64,000 nt of DNA from Bacteroidales bacterium (GCA_009877105.1 WXFD01000006.1:155292-219291); one strand, 5' to 3'; counted from the first letter of the stretch, positions 1-10,484 are shown. Program-made: numbers and translations. The notes: generated by a model from the letters alone, not told the origin.

Positions 1-1
1 A

Positions 2-1267
2 AAAGAGAACAGCGGGATAAGCATCGCTGCAAAACTCATTGAAGCGTCAATAAGAGGTTATTACGATTTCGGGAAATTTGAAGCGGGTCCCTACCTTCTT
101 TTTTATGGCCGCAATGACACGGAAGGCAGCAGGTTCAGGATCGGGGGCCGGACAAATTCCCGCTTCAGCAATCGCCTTACCCTTGAAGGTTACACTGCTT
201 TCGGCACAAGGGACAAAAGGATGAAAGGATCCGTACAGGCTGCTTACCTGTTGTCGGAGAAATACTGGACCTCTGTCGGTCTGCAACTGCGTGACGACCT
301 CGAGTACGCCGGGGCAATCGATGAGTTCTATTCACAGAACAGCTTCCTGACTTTTGCTTCCACCTTCGGAGGATCGGACATGATGGCCAGAACGACAATA
401 ATCAGGCCATGGATCGGCTCCGACATCACCAGGGGACTCCAGGCAAAGATGGTGCTGACCCGCAAAACATTCGAGCCGGCAGGGAAGGAATATCATTTTG
501 CATGGTATGCAGGTAAGGACGGAACCGGCTTGAAAGATAATTTCATGACAAATGAACTGGGACTTATACTCAGCTATCAGCCCGGGGCGGTATATGTCCT
601 GGACGGTAACAGGAGGTTTGCCGTCAATTTCAATCAGTATCCCGTTTTCAGTCTGGAATATTTCAGGGGATTTAAAAATCCGGGAAAAGGTGATTTCAGC
701 TATGACAGGATCTCGGCCGGTATTGACCACAGGTTCAATCCCGGAGGACTGGGAACCGTTGACTGGAATGCAAGATATTCAAAGGTCTTTGGAGCTCTGC
801 CCTATCCACTGCTTACGACATTTGCCGGGAACGAGTCAATCTTCAGGGCCGACAGAACCTGTAACCTGATGAACCTTGGCGAATTCGTGGCCGATGAATC
901 TCTTGAGCTTTTCCTTTCTTATCATATGAACGGGTTGCTGCTTGGAAAACTGCCGCTGATAAAGAAGCTTGAATGGAGGACGGTTTTTTCCGGAAGGGTT
1001 GCATACGGCTCATTCAATGAAAAGTCAAATGGTTTCTATGATCCTGAATCCAATCCTGCCGGAATACTGTCAAAGCTTGATCCTGCCGGATATCCTGTCA
1101 GTGAATTCAGCACCCTGTCATGGCGGCATCCTTACGCGGAAATTTCCTATGGAATAGAGAATATTTTCAGGTTTTTCAGGATCGACCTGATCCAACGCCT
1201 GACCTGGCTTGATAACCCGGGAAGCCGGAGGTTGGCCGTAAAGATAAGCGGTGTTTTCAGGTTCTGA
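2..1267 (+). CDS. outer-membrane beta-barrel protein, C-terminal part (5' end lies left of the window)
   Basis: Frame 2 is open from base 2 (KENSGISIAAKLIEAS...) and runs into tracked ORF 221..1267. It has an alternating beta-strand-like pattern and ends ...KISGVFRF, the terminal aromatic typical of OM barrels. From memory only, it resembles DUF5686-type Bacteroidota OMPs. Confidence 0.55.
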   Translation, partial: KENSGISIAAKLIEASIRGYYDFGKFEAGPYLLFYGRNDTEGSRFRIGGRTNSRFSNRLTLEGYTAFGTRDKRMKGSVQAAYLLSEKYWTSVGLQLRDDLEYAGAIDEFYSQNSFLTFASTFGGSDMMARTTIIRPWIGSDITRGLQAKMVLTRKTFEPAGKEYHFAWYAGKDGTGLKDNFMTNELGLILSYQPGAVYVLDGNRRFAVNFNQYPVFSLEYFRGFKNPGKGDFSYDRISAGIDHRFNPGGLGTVDWNARYSKVFGALPYPLLTTFAGNESIFRADRTCNLMNLGEFVADESLELFLSYHMNGLLLGKLPLIKKLEWRTVFSGRVAYGSFNEKSNGFYDPESNPAGILSKLDPAGYPVSEFSTLSWRHPYAEISYGIENIFRFFRIDLIQRLTWLDNPGSRRLAVKISGVFRF

Positions 1268-1286
1268 AAACGATTGTTGCTCCGAG

Positions 1287-4200
1287 TCACCGGCTAAGGA
1301 CAAACAGTTTATTTGATGTAAGCCGTGAATTGTCAATCACTTCAAGCTGCATGTTATATCCTGATGCCAGCTCACTGATGAATCTCCCTGAAAAGAAGAA
1401 CAGTCTCCTGTCAAGGCTTTTATTATATCCGAATGTGGTTGAAAAGAACTCTGTGAATCTTGTTCCCAGGTGTCGTTTCTGAAGGTCGCTGTCGGCATCC
1501 CGGATTATTATTTTTCCTCCGGGTTTTAGTCGGCGGATGCAGCTTGCCAGCAATCCTGCCTGTCTTTCGCGGGGAACATAGTGCAGAACATCGCTGAGGA
1601 GGAAAACATCGGCATCCGGATAATCATATGTTACGGCGTCGGCAGCCACAAAGCTTATTCTGTCATTCTTCGAGATGCAGTTGTTTGCCAGCTCTATTTT
1701 GTTCTCGTCATAATCGATGCCGAGGATGTTCCTGTTTTCCGATGTGAATCCCAGCATGTAAGATATAATACCGTATCCGCAGCCGATATCGACAACTTGT
1801 GCATTTTCGGGCACCAGGCTGTTTATATATTCATAGTTCCTTTCCAGCCTGAGTTTAATCCTGGTATACCATTCAAGCACCGGCCCCTTGTAGATATAGT
1901 TGCTTACAAGCCTGTTCCTGAAATATGATGGTGTTTCCAGTTCTTTCCTTAGAACTTTGTATTCTTCCCTGTAAAACCTGAGAAATGTCCTTGTGCGCTG
2001 ATGGTAGTCGTGCCCAAAGTCAGTATCCGTTGCTGCCACCCTGGGGTATATTTTCAACGTGACGCTGCCTTTTCTGAGATGATTTTCTCCCTTTCTCATA
2101 CAGTCACCTGCTCCGTGAATGAGTATGGGAGTAATGTCCAGTCCAAGCTTTTCAGCCATCAAAAATGCTCCCTTGTGAAAACGAAGGATCTCCGAGTCAG
2201 GTGACCGGGTTCCCTCGGGAAAAACCAGGATCGAATAACCTTCCCCGATTTCCTTTTCAAGCTTCTCAATCAGGTTTTCATATCCCCACGATACCGGGTA
2301 GAAGTGGAGATATCTGATAACAAGGGCATAAAGCGGATTGTTCCAGACCCAGTTGTTTGTGAGTATAATTATTTTCGGATTGAGCATCAGCAGCAGGGGG
2401 AGGTCGAGATGTGACTGATGATTCGATATAATAAGCGAAGGTCTGGAAAAATCGGCATTTTCACGATTCAATATGGTTTTCCTGATGCCTGTAAGTCCGT
2501 AAACCGGTAATCTGATGCACCACATCAGCGCATGATGCATGAACTTTCTCTTTTTCTTCCCGGAAACAGGGACCAGGAGGACAGCAATAAGCAGGATGTT
2601 AAGAAGAACACACAGAACCAGACCTGCGGTCAGTGTAACAACTGTCAGCAGAACTTCAGAAATTGTCATGGGAAGATAGCGGTTCTTACCTTTTTTCCTG
2701 ACCAGCCAGTTGAAAACTACTATCTCAAAAGTATAGGAGATCAGTACCACCGAAAGCAATCCCACGATCGATATCAGTGCTATGGATTTCAGTGCAGGAT
2801 GTTTTGCAAGTATCAATACACCGGTTCCGGAAATAGATATCAGGACGGACAGCAGAATGCATGTCTTGTATGATAGGAGGTTCCTTGTCCCGGTCTTGTA
2901 TCCCTGGACCAATCCCTGCATTATGTAAATGCTGTAATCGATCCCCAGCCCGGTGATGAACTGGGAAATGATGATGTTGAATATGTTGAATTTGATACCT
3001 GTGATTCCCATGAACCCGAGTGTCCAGAACCAGCTTACAAGAATGGGAATGAAGGTGATGAAACCAAGCTCAAACCGGCCAAAGACTATTATCATTATTA
3101 CCAGTATGATCGACAGGCTGACATTGGCTATGAAATCAAAGTCTCTTCCCAGCACTCTTACCACTTCCGACAATATTGATTTCCTGTCAATCACAACCAC
3201 TCCATCAATTTTGCCTATTTCCTCCTCAACATAATCCTTGTTCCTTGCATCTGTTTTCATTACCGAAACTATGGCGGTCAGACCGGGAGCATAAGTGATG
3301 TTTTCGGAGTAAAAATGATCGGCCAGCTTTCGAAAGTCACCGGGGTCCATCAGCGTATACTTTCTGTCAAGCAAATTGTAAAACTCTTCAAAAGCATCCT
3401 GCCGGAAGCCTGTTCTTGCAGAATAATATCTGAAATTTTTCAGGAAAGAATCCTTTTTATTCCTGTTCCAGAAAAGATTCCATCTTTCAATTCGCTTTTT
3501 CTGAAGCGAATCGGACGATAAGAGGGCGCCGGGTGAATTGAAGGTTCTTATCCTGTTTTCTGCCATCATGGTTTTTCCTTCTGCCATCAGTTTCTCATTG
3601 TTCACGAGGGCTTCCTGCAGGTCTTCGCCATGAGCTATTACATAAACCGAATTGAGCTTGTAATTATTGATCCTGTTCAGATTCTCCTCGGCTATGGCAA
3701 GTTTCTTCGACATGTAATTCATTTTCATCATATCGCTTTCGAAACCCACTTTGTAAAAATAGAACCAGCTGACCACCGTTGCTATTACCATGAAGAGAAG
3801 AAGTCTTTTATTCTTATCGAATTCATAATTGGTCACCTTGTCTAGAATTCGCTCGAGGTAGTTTTTTTCCTCTGTTTCATCATCCTCTCTCCTGGTAACA
3901 TCCAGTATCTGCGGCATTACGATCATTGTAAAGAAGGCTGCGGTAATCACGCTTATGGCTGCAAGGATGCCTAGCTCATGCAATGACTCGGAGGAGACAA
4001 GAACAAGGCTCATGAACTCAAAGGCAGTTGTAAAACCGCAGACGATTATCGGAAAGGATACATCCCTGATCGTTTCGGCCACTGAATGTTTATGCTTGTA
4101 ATGAGCCGTAATATGCAAGGCATAGTCGACGGTAATTGCAAGGATAACCGTGCCGATGCTCAGGGCTATTATGGATATTTTTGCCTGAACGAGATAAATA

Positions 4201-5144
4201 ACTGCAAGGGCAGTGAGCCCGCCAAAAACTGCAGGCAGAAAAATAAAAGGTATCAGTGCCTTCTTTTTTATTGAGAAGGTAATGATCAGGAACAGAAGGA
4301 TTATCGTTATGGTTATTGTCAGGCTGATATCTCTTTTCAGCCTGTCGGCGTTGCCGGCTGCCACCGCTGCCGAACCAAAATACTCGATCCTGATCTGACT
4401 GCCTGCTTCCCTCGATATTGCATTTATAACACCGTCAAGTTCCTTGATCAGCCTGGATGTTTTTGAAGTGACATTTGAAGAGTATGTCGTGGTCAGGAAC
4501 ATCAGAAGGCTCTTTTTATCCCTCGAAAAAATCGATCCGTCAATTATCAGGTAGTTGATGTCATTTTGAAAGGCTCTGAGCTTCCTGGTGACGATACTTG
4601 TCAGCCCTGCCGGATCCATGAGTATATTTCGTTTCATGGCGAAGGATGCGGGTGTAAGCAGGCTGTTGTAACTGTTCTCAAGTGATTCCCTGATCTTTTC
4701 CGGTGCTATCAGCGAATCAAGCGCAACATAGTCCTCTTCCTCCAGGAAAAGAGGAAGATTCCTGTAAACGATTGCCATTACATCTTCCATGATATTATCA
4801 GGTATCCTGAATGTGACGTCACTCAGGTACTGGGGAAAATCCCCGGTCTGCAGGGTGTCATAGAGCTTTTTTCCTACCAGGATCAGCCTATCGGGAGCCG
4901 GCGGAGCAGAGGTATCGGCAAGCGAGATATTTACTATGATCTTGTCAAGAAATTTCGAACGGTTGAATATTGTTGTTATTTCAGTTTTGCGGTCAACACC
5001 CGAGATCATCTTTGCAATGTCTTCCTCAAAACTGATCCTTGATGCGAGCAGTGCGGCAATCAGCAGTATTGCCGTTACAATCGTGAAGAACAGTATCCTC
5101 CTGCTCTTGAAATAACCGAACAGAAAAAGAAAGAAGTTTTCCAT
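1287..5144 (-). CDS. triple-fusion protein: MMPL/RND-type exporter + PlsC-type (lysophospholipid) acyltransferase + class I SAM methyltransferase
   Basis: 1285 aa. The N-terminal ~800 aa have two blocks of TM helices separated by large soluble loops (MMPL architecture). The middle has NHQSHLD (HX4D) and FPEGTRS acyltransferase motifs. The C-terminus has the VVDIGCGYG SAM-binding motif plus LKPGG. Confidence 0.85.
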   Translation of the reverse strand: MENFFLFLFGYFKSRRILFFTIVTAILLIAALLASRISFEEDIAKMISGVDRKTEITTIFNRSKFLDKIIVNISLADTSAPPAPDRLILVGKKLYDTLQTGDFPQYLSDVTFRIPDNIMEDVMAIVYRNLPLFLEEEDYVALDSLIAPEKIRESLENSYNSLLTPASFAMKRNILMDPAGLTSIVTRKLRAFQNDINYLIIDGSIFSRDKKSLLMFLTTTYSSNVTSKTSRLIKELDGVINAISREAGSQIRIEYFGSAAVAAGNADRLKRDISLTITITIILLFLIITFSIKKKALIPFIFLPAVFGGLTALAVIYLVQAKISIIALSIGTVILAITVDYALHITAHYKHKHSVAETIRDVSFPIIVCGFTTAFEFMSLVLVSSESLHELGILAAISVITAAFFTMIVMPQILDVTRREDDETEEKNYLERILDKVTNYEFDKNKRLLLFMVIATVVSWFYFYKVGFESDMMKMNYMSKKLAIAEENLNRINNYKLNSVYVIAHGEDLQEALVNNEKLMAEGKTMMAENRIRTFNSPGALLSSDSLQKKRIERWNLFWNRNKKDSFLKNFRYYSARTGFRQDAFEEFYNLLDRKYTLMDPGDFRKLADHFYSENITYAPGLTAIVSVMKTDARNKDYVEEEIGKIDGVVVIDRKSILSEVVRVLGRDFDFIANVSLSIILVIMIIVFGRFELGFITFIPILVSWFWTLGFMGITGIKFNIFNIIISQFITGLGIDYSIYIMQGLVQGYKTGTRNLLSYKTCILLSVLISISGTGVLILAKHPALKSIALISIVGLLSVVLISYTFEIVVFNWLVRKKGKNRYLPMTISEVLLTVVTLTAGLVLCVLLNILLIAVLLVPVSGKKKRKFMHHALMWCIRLPVYGLTGIRKTILNRENADFSRPSLIISNHQSHLDLPLLLMLNPKIIILTNNWVWNNPLYALVIRYLHFYPVSWGYENLIEKLEKEIGEGYSILVFPEGTRSPDSEILRFHKGAFLMAEKLGLDITPILIHGAGDCMRKGENHLRKGSVTLKIYPRVAATDTDFGHDYHQRTRTFLRFYREEYKVLRKELETPSYFRNRLVSNYIYKGPVLEWYTRIKLRLERNYEYINSLVPENAQVVDIGCGYGIISYMLGFTSENRNILGIDYDENKIELANNCISKNDRISFVAADAVTYDYPDADVFLLSDVLHYVPRERQAGLLASCIRRLKPGGKIIIRDADSDLQKRHLGTRFTEFFSTTFGYNKSLDRRLFFFSGRFISELASGYNMQLEVIDNSRLTSNKLFVLSR

Positions 5145-6311
5145 TTACATACTCAATATCACCGGTTTCCTCCTCACAAGTTTCAGAACCACGAATGAAA
5201 CCAGTCCGGCAAAAGCAGCAAAAACGGCTGCGAATATAAAAGCGCCTGTAATATACTGCAACAAATTGTTCTCAAAAGTCTTCAGCGTGATTTCTCCGCT
5301 GAAGCTGATCCGGCTTCCCGTTCCGAGTACGATCCCTCCCGTTGCATAGCTCAGGTACAGGATCAGGGGGATCATCGGGGGTATGCTGATATTGGCAGCA
5401 ACGGCAACCAGGAACTTGCTCAGCCTGAAAATATGGGCAAGAGCCAATGCCGTTACAAGTTGAAAACCCCAGATCGGAACAATACCCATAAATATTCCGA
5501 ATGCAATGGCGAGCGAGATTTTCAGATTTGTTTCCCGGGTAAGCAGGATATGTTTATTCACAAATTCTTTAATCTTTTCCTTGTTCAGATTCCGTAGGGA
5601 TGAAAACGGTATGATGTAGAATACGGCCGCCAGTACAAGACAGGTATTCAGCAGGCTGATCCTTGCAAAGTCCCTGAAAAACCTGTAATGTGAAACACGT
5701 TCCTCCGCAGGAGGGTAGTAAACCCGCACCGGCACGCTAGAAATTTTTATTCCTTTCCAGGCTGCCCTTATCAGGATCTCGGTTTCAAATTCATACTTAA
5801 CGGTAAAGAATCTCATTGATTTGAGTGGCCCGAGGGGATATAGCCTGAATCCGGTCTGAGTATCATTCAGCTTTATTCCTGTAAGAAATCTGAACCAGAA
5901 ATTGGAGAATTTGTTTGCAAACCGGCTTCCGCGTGAGATATTTTTTACTCCAAGATTACGGTCGCCTGTGATCAGGCTGTCCGGTGAATTTTCCACGGCG
6001 GCAATAAAGGATGGTATGTCAGCCGGATCATGCTGTCCGTCGGAATCGATGGTTATAACATAATCATATCCTTCCTTAATGGCCAGGTCAAGTCCCTGTC
6101 GTATGGCATAACCTTTGCCCCTGTTAACCTGGTATGCAATAACTTTCAGGGAACCATTGACGAGAATGACATTACTGAGGATCTGTGCCGTCCTGTCGGT
6201 CGATCCGTCGTTGACAACAATGATATTCTCAGTGAATTCACGTACTCCGTTTATTACTTTTTCAAGTGTTGAATCGTTATTGTATGTCGGAATTATAACA
6301 CAATACCTCAT
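5145..6311 (-). CDS. family 2 glycosyltransferase fused to a DUF2062-like membrane domain
   Basis: IIPTYNN...VNDGSTDRT...DSDGQHD are GT2 motifs. The C-terminal half is hydrophobic (IVPIWGFQLVTALALAHIF...). The stop abuts the start of the 1287..5144 gene, suggesting an operon. Confidence 0.85.
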   Translation of the reverse strand: MRYCVIIPTYNNDSTLEKVINGVREFTENIIVVNDGSTDRTAQILSNVILVNGSLKVIAYQVNRGKGYAIRQGLDLAIKEGYDYVITIDSDGQHDPADIPSFIAAVENSPDSLITGDRNLGVKNISRGSRFANKFSNFWFRFLTGIKLNDTQTGFRLYPLGPLKSMRFFTVKYEFETEILIRAAWKGIKISSVPVRVYYPPAEERVSHYRFFRDFARISLLNTCLVLAAVFYIIPFSSLRNLNKEKIKEFVNKHILLTRETNLKISLAIAFGIFMGIVPIWGFQLVTALALAHIFRLSKFLVAVAANISIPPMIPLILYLSYATGGIVLGTGSRISFSGEITLKTFENNLLQYITGAFIFAAVFAAFAGLVSFVVLKLVRRKPVILSM

Positions 6312-6661
6312 CCCTGCAAACTGCGTTTTCTGAAGGAATCCGCATGAGTGATTTCAGATACGGTCCGGCAGTCGCTATCCCTTTCACCCGGAGCCGCGGG
6401 CCCGCCCAAATCAATCATGTTTGTCCCCTTCATTCCATTATAAGCCATGATCATACCATGGTTAAATCCGGGTTGAACCTCTTCTCCTGTTTGTACAGAC
6501 TGGTTTCTTTTTTCCGGGGGTTGCAAGTTAATTAAAAAATCAGATTATGATCTGGATTGTTCCCTTTGAAGATTTGGTTTAATAGTTTGTTTTTTTTACT
6601 TTGCGCAAATTTTTTCAGGCCCGATAAACCTTTAATTAAGCTTTCAGATAAATTTGGTTTT
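6312..6661. promoter_or_regulatory. divergent intergenic region between the two arms of the pigment cluster
   Basis: 350-bp AT-rich gap between the divergently oriented 5145..6311 (-) and 6662..8209 (+). Only short overlapping ORFs of 63-72 aa lie inside. No specific promoter was mapped. Confidence 0.4.
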
Positions 6662-8209
6662 ATGGTGGTGATTGGCGAACATTTTCTTACGACGGAGGAT
6701 TTCAAGAAGCTTTTGTACGGTGGAGAAATGATTGAAATATCCTCAGAGGCAAAAGGCAGGGTATCCAGAAGTTTCGATTTCCTACGGTCATTTCACAGGG
6801 ATAAGATAATTTATGGCATAAATACCGGATTGGGACCCATGGCCCAGTACAGGATAGAGGATGAGGACCGGATCAACCTGCAGTATAATGCCATAAGGAG
6901 TCATGCCTCCGGATGTGGTCAGCCGGTGGATCCTGTTTATGTAAGATCGTCACTTATCGTGCTTCTGAACAACTTCCTGCAGGGTCATTCCGGAATCCAC
7001 CCCGAGGTGGTTGAGCTGATCAGCCGGTTCATAAACAACGATATATCGCCCGTGGTACCGGAACATGGCGGCGTTGGTGCCAGCGGCGATCTGGTACAGC
7101 TTGCCCATATAGCTCTGGCCCTGATCGGTGAAGGTGATGTAAACTTCGGAGGCCGGGTCATTCCCGCTGCAGAGGCCATGAGAAAAAGCGGACTTGAGCC
7201 CATTAAGGTCCACATCAGGGAAGGACTTTCCCTGATCAATGGCACCTGTTTCATGACCGGTACGGGGATGGTGAATATAATCCATGCAAGGAATCTGGTT
7301 TCATGGGCGCTGATCGCAAGCGCAATGATTAATGAAATAGTGCATTCATGCGACGACAGCTTTTCAAAGGAACTGAATGAAGTGAAAAAGCATCCCGGCC
7401 AGCGTGATGTTGCAAGGGTTATCAGGGAAATACTGGCAGACAGCAATCTCATCCGCAAACGTGAGAATGAGTTTTATAACAATAACCACAATCACACGAA
7501 AAAAATTCTTAACGACAAGGTCCAGGAATATTATTCAATAAGATGCGTTCCCCAGATTGCAGGACCGGTCCTTGACACAATCAGAGAATCGGAAAAGGTC
7601 CTTCTTAACGAGGCAAATTCATCATGCGACAATCCGATGATTGATGATGAAAACCTGAACATTTATCACGGAGGCAACTTCCATGGTGATTATGTGTCGT
7701 TTGAAATGGACAAGGTAAAGATAGCGGTGGCAAAATTATCGCTCCTGATCGACAGGCAGATCAACTATCTTATGAATGATAAGCTGAATAACATTCTTCC
7801 TCCTTTTGTCAACCTGGGAAAGCTCGGCGTTAATTTCGGCATGCAGGGTGCCCAGTTTACCTCAACATCTACGGTTGCGGAAAACCAGTCGGTTTCATTT
7901 CCGAATTATCTTCACAGCATTCCCAACAACAACGATAACCAGGATATTGTCAGCATGGGAACAAACTCGGCCCTCCTGGCCAGAAGGGTGATCGACAATA
8001 CCTACCAGGTGCTCGCCATTCAGATGCTGAGCCTTGTACAGGCAATAGATTATCTCAGGATTGAGGATAATCTGTCTTCACGGACCAGACAGGCTTATCG
8101 CCAGATACGGGATATTGTGCCCGTGTTTGTTGAAGACACTGTTAAATACCCGGAAATAAGGCTGATCAAGGATTTTCTTTTCAGCAGGCTCCTGAGTTTT
8201 TTTGATTAA
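6662..8209 (+). CDS. MIO-dependent aromatic amino-acid ammonia-lyase (HAL/TAL/PAL family; TAL role inferred from context)
   Basis: GVGASGDLVQLAH contains the Ala-Ser-Gly MIO triad. About 515 aa from the ATG at 6662. The tracked ORF starts at an upstream TTG (6557) with a non-homologous hydrophobic extension. Confidence 0.9.
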   Translation: MVVIGEHFLTTEDFKKLLYGGEMIEISSEAKGRVSRSFDFLRSFHRDKIIYGINTGLGPMAQYRIEDEDRINLQYNAIRSHASGCGQPVDPVYVRSSLIVLLNNFLQGHSGIHPEVVELISRFINNDISPVVPEHGGVGASGDLVQLAHIALALIGEGDVNFGGRVIPAAEAMRKSGLEPIKVHIREGLSLINGTCFMTGTGMVNIIHARNLVSWALIASAMINEIVHSCDDSFSKELNEVKKHPGQRDVARVIREILADSNLIRKRENEFYNNNHNHTKKILNDKVQEYYSIRCVPQIAGPVLDTIRESEKVLLNEANSSCDNPMIDDENLNIYHGGNFHGDYVSFEMDKVKIAVAKLSLLIDRQINYLMNDKLNNILPPFVNLGKLGVNFGMQGAQFTSTSTVAENQSVSFPNYLHSIPNNNDNQDIVSMGTNSALLARRVIDNTYQVLAIQMLSLVQAIDYLRIEDNLSSRTRQAYRQIRDIVPVFVEDTVKYPEIRLIKDFLFSRLLSFFD

Positions 8210-8225
8210 AACCTTTATAAGCAGG

Positions 8226-8954
8226 ATGAAATACGCGCTTGTAACCGGAGGGTCGAGAGGAATTGGAAGGGCAGTGTGTACGGGCCTTGTTCCGCTGGGA
8301 TATCATGTTATCATCAATTACAGGAGCAATGATGCCGAGGCTGAAAAAACCCTTGCAATGATTAATCAGGCAGGAGGCACCGGGGAGCTTATGAAGTTTG
8401 ATGTTTCTGACTCCCGCCAGGTTGACGGGGCACTGAACAGGTGGAATGAACAACACGGCGATGACTATATTGAAGTGCTTGTCAATAATGCCGGCATCAG
8501 GAAGGATATGCTCATGATGTGGATGGAAAACGACAGCTGGAGGGAAGTCCTTTCAACCAATCTCGACGGATTCTTTTATGTCACCCGGGCATTACTGAAG
8601 AACATGCTTGTACGGAAATACGGAAGGATCATAAACATCGTTTCCTTATCGGGAATAAAGGGAATGCCCGGGCAGGTCAATTACTCTGCGGCTAAAGCAG
8701 CAATAATCGGAGCAACAAAGGCCCTTGCGCAGGAGATCGGGAAAAAGAACGTGACTGTCAATGCAGTTGCACCCGGCTTCATAAGAACCGACATGACCAG
8801 TGAACTGAATGAAAACGAACTGAAGGGTTTAATTCCCCTGAACAGGTTTGGTACACCTGAAGAAGTCGCTGAGGTGGTTTGTTTCCTGGCATCGTCAAAA
8901 TCGTCATATATAACCGGGGAGGTTATCTCGGTAAACGGCGGCCTGTATACATAA
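8226..8954 (+). CDS. SDR-family 3-oxoacyl-ACP reductase (FabG-like ketoreductase)
   Basis: ALVTGGSRGIGRA cofactor motif, NNAG, and YSAAK catalytic Tyr-x3-Lys. The start was moved to the internal ATG (MKYALVTGG). Confidence 0.9.
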   Translation: MKYALVTGGSRGIGRAVCTGLVPLGYHVIINYRSNDAEAEKTLAMINQAGGTGELMKFDVSDSRQVDGALNRWNEQHGDDYIEVLVNNAGIRKDMLMMWMENDSWREVLSTNLDGFFYVTRALLKNMLVRKYGRIINIVSLSGIKGMPGQVNYSAAKAAIIGATKALAQEIGKKNVTVNAVAPGFIRTDMTSELNENELKGLIPLNRFGTPEEVAEVVCFLASSKSSYITGEVISVNGGLYT

Positions 8955-8985
8955 TGAAATAAGAATATCTTCCATTGTCGTACAG

Positions 8986-10206
8986 ATGAACAGAGTAGTT
9001 ATAACCGGCATGGGGATTTACTCCTCGATTGGAAAGAACCTCGTGGAAGTAAATGATTCTCTTTACAGGGGCAAATCGGGAATCATCCTGGATCCGGCAA
9101 GAAAAGCTTTCGGCTATCAATCGGCCCTGACGGGGAAACTTGACAGGCCGGTACTGAAAGGACTTATTGACAGGAGATCCCGCGTCTGCATGCCCGAACA
9201 TGCCGAATATGCGTATATATCAACCATTGAAGCCCTGAAAACAGCCGGGCTAGACAATGACTACCTTGAACAGAACGAAGTGGGTATCCTGTTCGGCAAT
9301 GACAGCTCAATGTATCCTGTAGTAGAATGTGTTGACATAGTACGCGACAAGAAGGACTCCACGCTTGTCGGTTCAGGCTCAGTGTTTCAGTCAATGAATT
9401 CAACGGTGACAATGAACCTTTCCGTTATTTTCAAACTCAGGGGGATTAATTTCACCCTGAGCGGTGCGTGTGCAAGTGGCTCACATTCAATTGGGATGGG
9501 TTACTTCCTCATAAAGCACGGATATCAGAATACCATTATATGCGGAGGAGCACAGGAGGCGAATATTTATTGCGTGGTCAGCTTCGACGGGCTGGGGGCA
9601 TTCTCAAAACAGGAAACCGAACCTGAAAAAGCTTCCAGGCCCTTCGATAAGAGAAGAGACGGACTGGTTCCAAGCGGAGGTGCGGCAACCGTCATCCTTG
9701 AAAATCTCGACCATGCCCTCAAAAGAGGTGCACCCATCCTGGGCGAAGTGACGGGCTATGGCTTCTCCTCCGACGGGGTGCACATTTCCGTCCCTGATGT
9801 TGACGGCCCGGTGAGAGCCATCATGATGGCACTGAAAGATGCAGGAATTCAACCCGGCGATGTGGATTACATTAATGCTCACGCTACCTCCACACCCCTG
9901 GGTGACCAGAATGAAGCCAAGGCAATAGACAGGGTTTTCGGTAAAAACAAGCCCCCCGTATCTTCCACCAAATCAATGACCGGACATGAGATGTGGATGG
10001 CAGGAGCAAGTGAAATCGTATATTCACTGCTGATGATGCAGAACTCATATATCGCCCCGAACATCAACCTGGAAGAACCTGATGAATACTCTGCCGCACT
10101 GAATATCGTCAGGCAAACCACACCAATGGAATTTAATACCTTTCTTTCCAACTCATTCGGCTTCGGTGGAACAAATTCATGTTTAGTAATCAGGAAATTT
10201 CATTAA
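8986..10206 (+). CDS. beta-ketoacyl-ACP synthase (FabF/FabB-like KS)
   Basis: Catalytic triad context: SGACASGSHS (Cys), NAHATSTPLGD (His), SMTGHEMWMAG (His). C-terminal SFGFGGTN. Confidence 0.9.
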   Translation: MNRVVITGMGIYSSIGKNLVEVNDSLYRGKSGIILDPARKAFGYQSALTGKLDRPVLKGLIDRRSRVCMPEHAEYAYISTIEALKTAGLDNDYLEQNEVGILFGNDSSMYPVVECVDIVRDKKDSTLVGSGSVFQSMNSTVTMNLSVIFKLRGINFTLSGACASGSHSIGMGYFLIKHGYQNTIICGGAQEANIYCVVSFDGLGAFSKQETEPEKASRPFDKRRDGLVPSGGAATVILENLDHALKRGAPILGEVTGYGFSSDGVHISVPDVDGPVRAIMMALKDAGIQPGDVDYINAHATSTPLGDQNEAKAIDRVFGKNKPPVSSTKSMTGHEMWMAGASEIVYSLLMMQNSYIAPNINLEEPDEYSAALNIVRQTTPMEFNTFLSNSFGFGGTNSCLVIRKFH

Positions 10207-10229
10207 ATTTGCCCAAGTTTTTTTTAATC

Positions 10230-10478
10230 ATGACCAGAGAAGAAATTATAGGGATAATAAATAACCTGCTTATTGAAGAATTTGAGATTTCTGAAGCCCA
10301 GCTCATGCCCGGCGCCCATCTGAAAAATGATCTTGGACTTGAAAGCCTCGATTTTGTTGATATCGCGGTAATAGTGCAGAAGGAATTCGGACTTACCCTT
10401 AAGGGAGAGGAAATGACAACAATCACAACACTTCAAAGTCTTTACGATCACATAGCAAACCGTTACAACAAGAATTAA
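10230..10478 (+). CDS. acyl carrier protein
   Basis: 82 aa from the internal ATG. LGLESLDFVD is the phosphopantetheine-serine motif. Confidence 0.8.
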   Translation: MTREEIIGIINNLLIEEFEISEAQLMPGAHLKNDLGLESLDFVDIAVIVQKEFGLTLKGEEMTTITTLQSLYDHIANRYNKN

Positions 10479-10484
10479 CCTGAT

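Noticed and set aside
6308-6535. ORFs 6308..6526 (-) and 6344..6535 (+) in the divergent intergenic region of the cluster.
   Set aside because: They overlap each other on opposite strands, have no motifs, and have atypical composition (Pro/Gly/Arg-rich). The region more likely holds the divergent promoters.
6649-6656. TAAATTTG, an exact TAnnTTTG match, as the promoter of the ammonia-lyase operon.
   Set aside because: It ends only 5 nt before the chosen ATG at 6662. It would therefore give a leaderless or mis-started mRNA, so it may be coincidental in AT-rich DNA and is not reported as a feature.
6557-6661. N-terminal extensions of tracked ORFs: 6557, 8202, 10179, 13597, 14517, 16784, 17065, 20083, 24548, 38202, 43723, 47421, 47480, 50936, 54124, 54395, 60321 and 63316.
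   Set aside because: The track starts at the first possible start codon, including TTG and GTG. The conserved N-terminal motifs or signal peptides begin at internal ATGs, which often coincide with start/stop coupling to the upstream gene. Coordinates were trimmed accordingly, and residual uncertainty is noted per feature.
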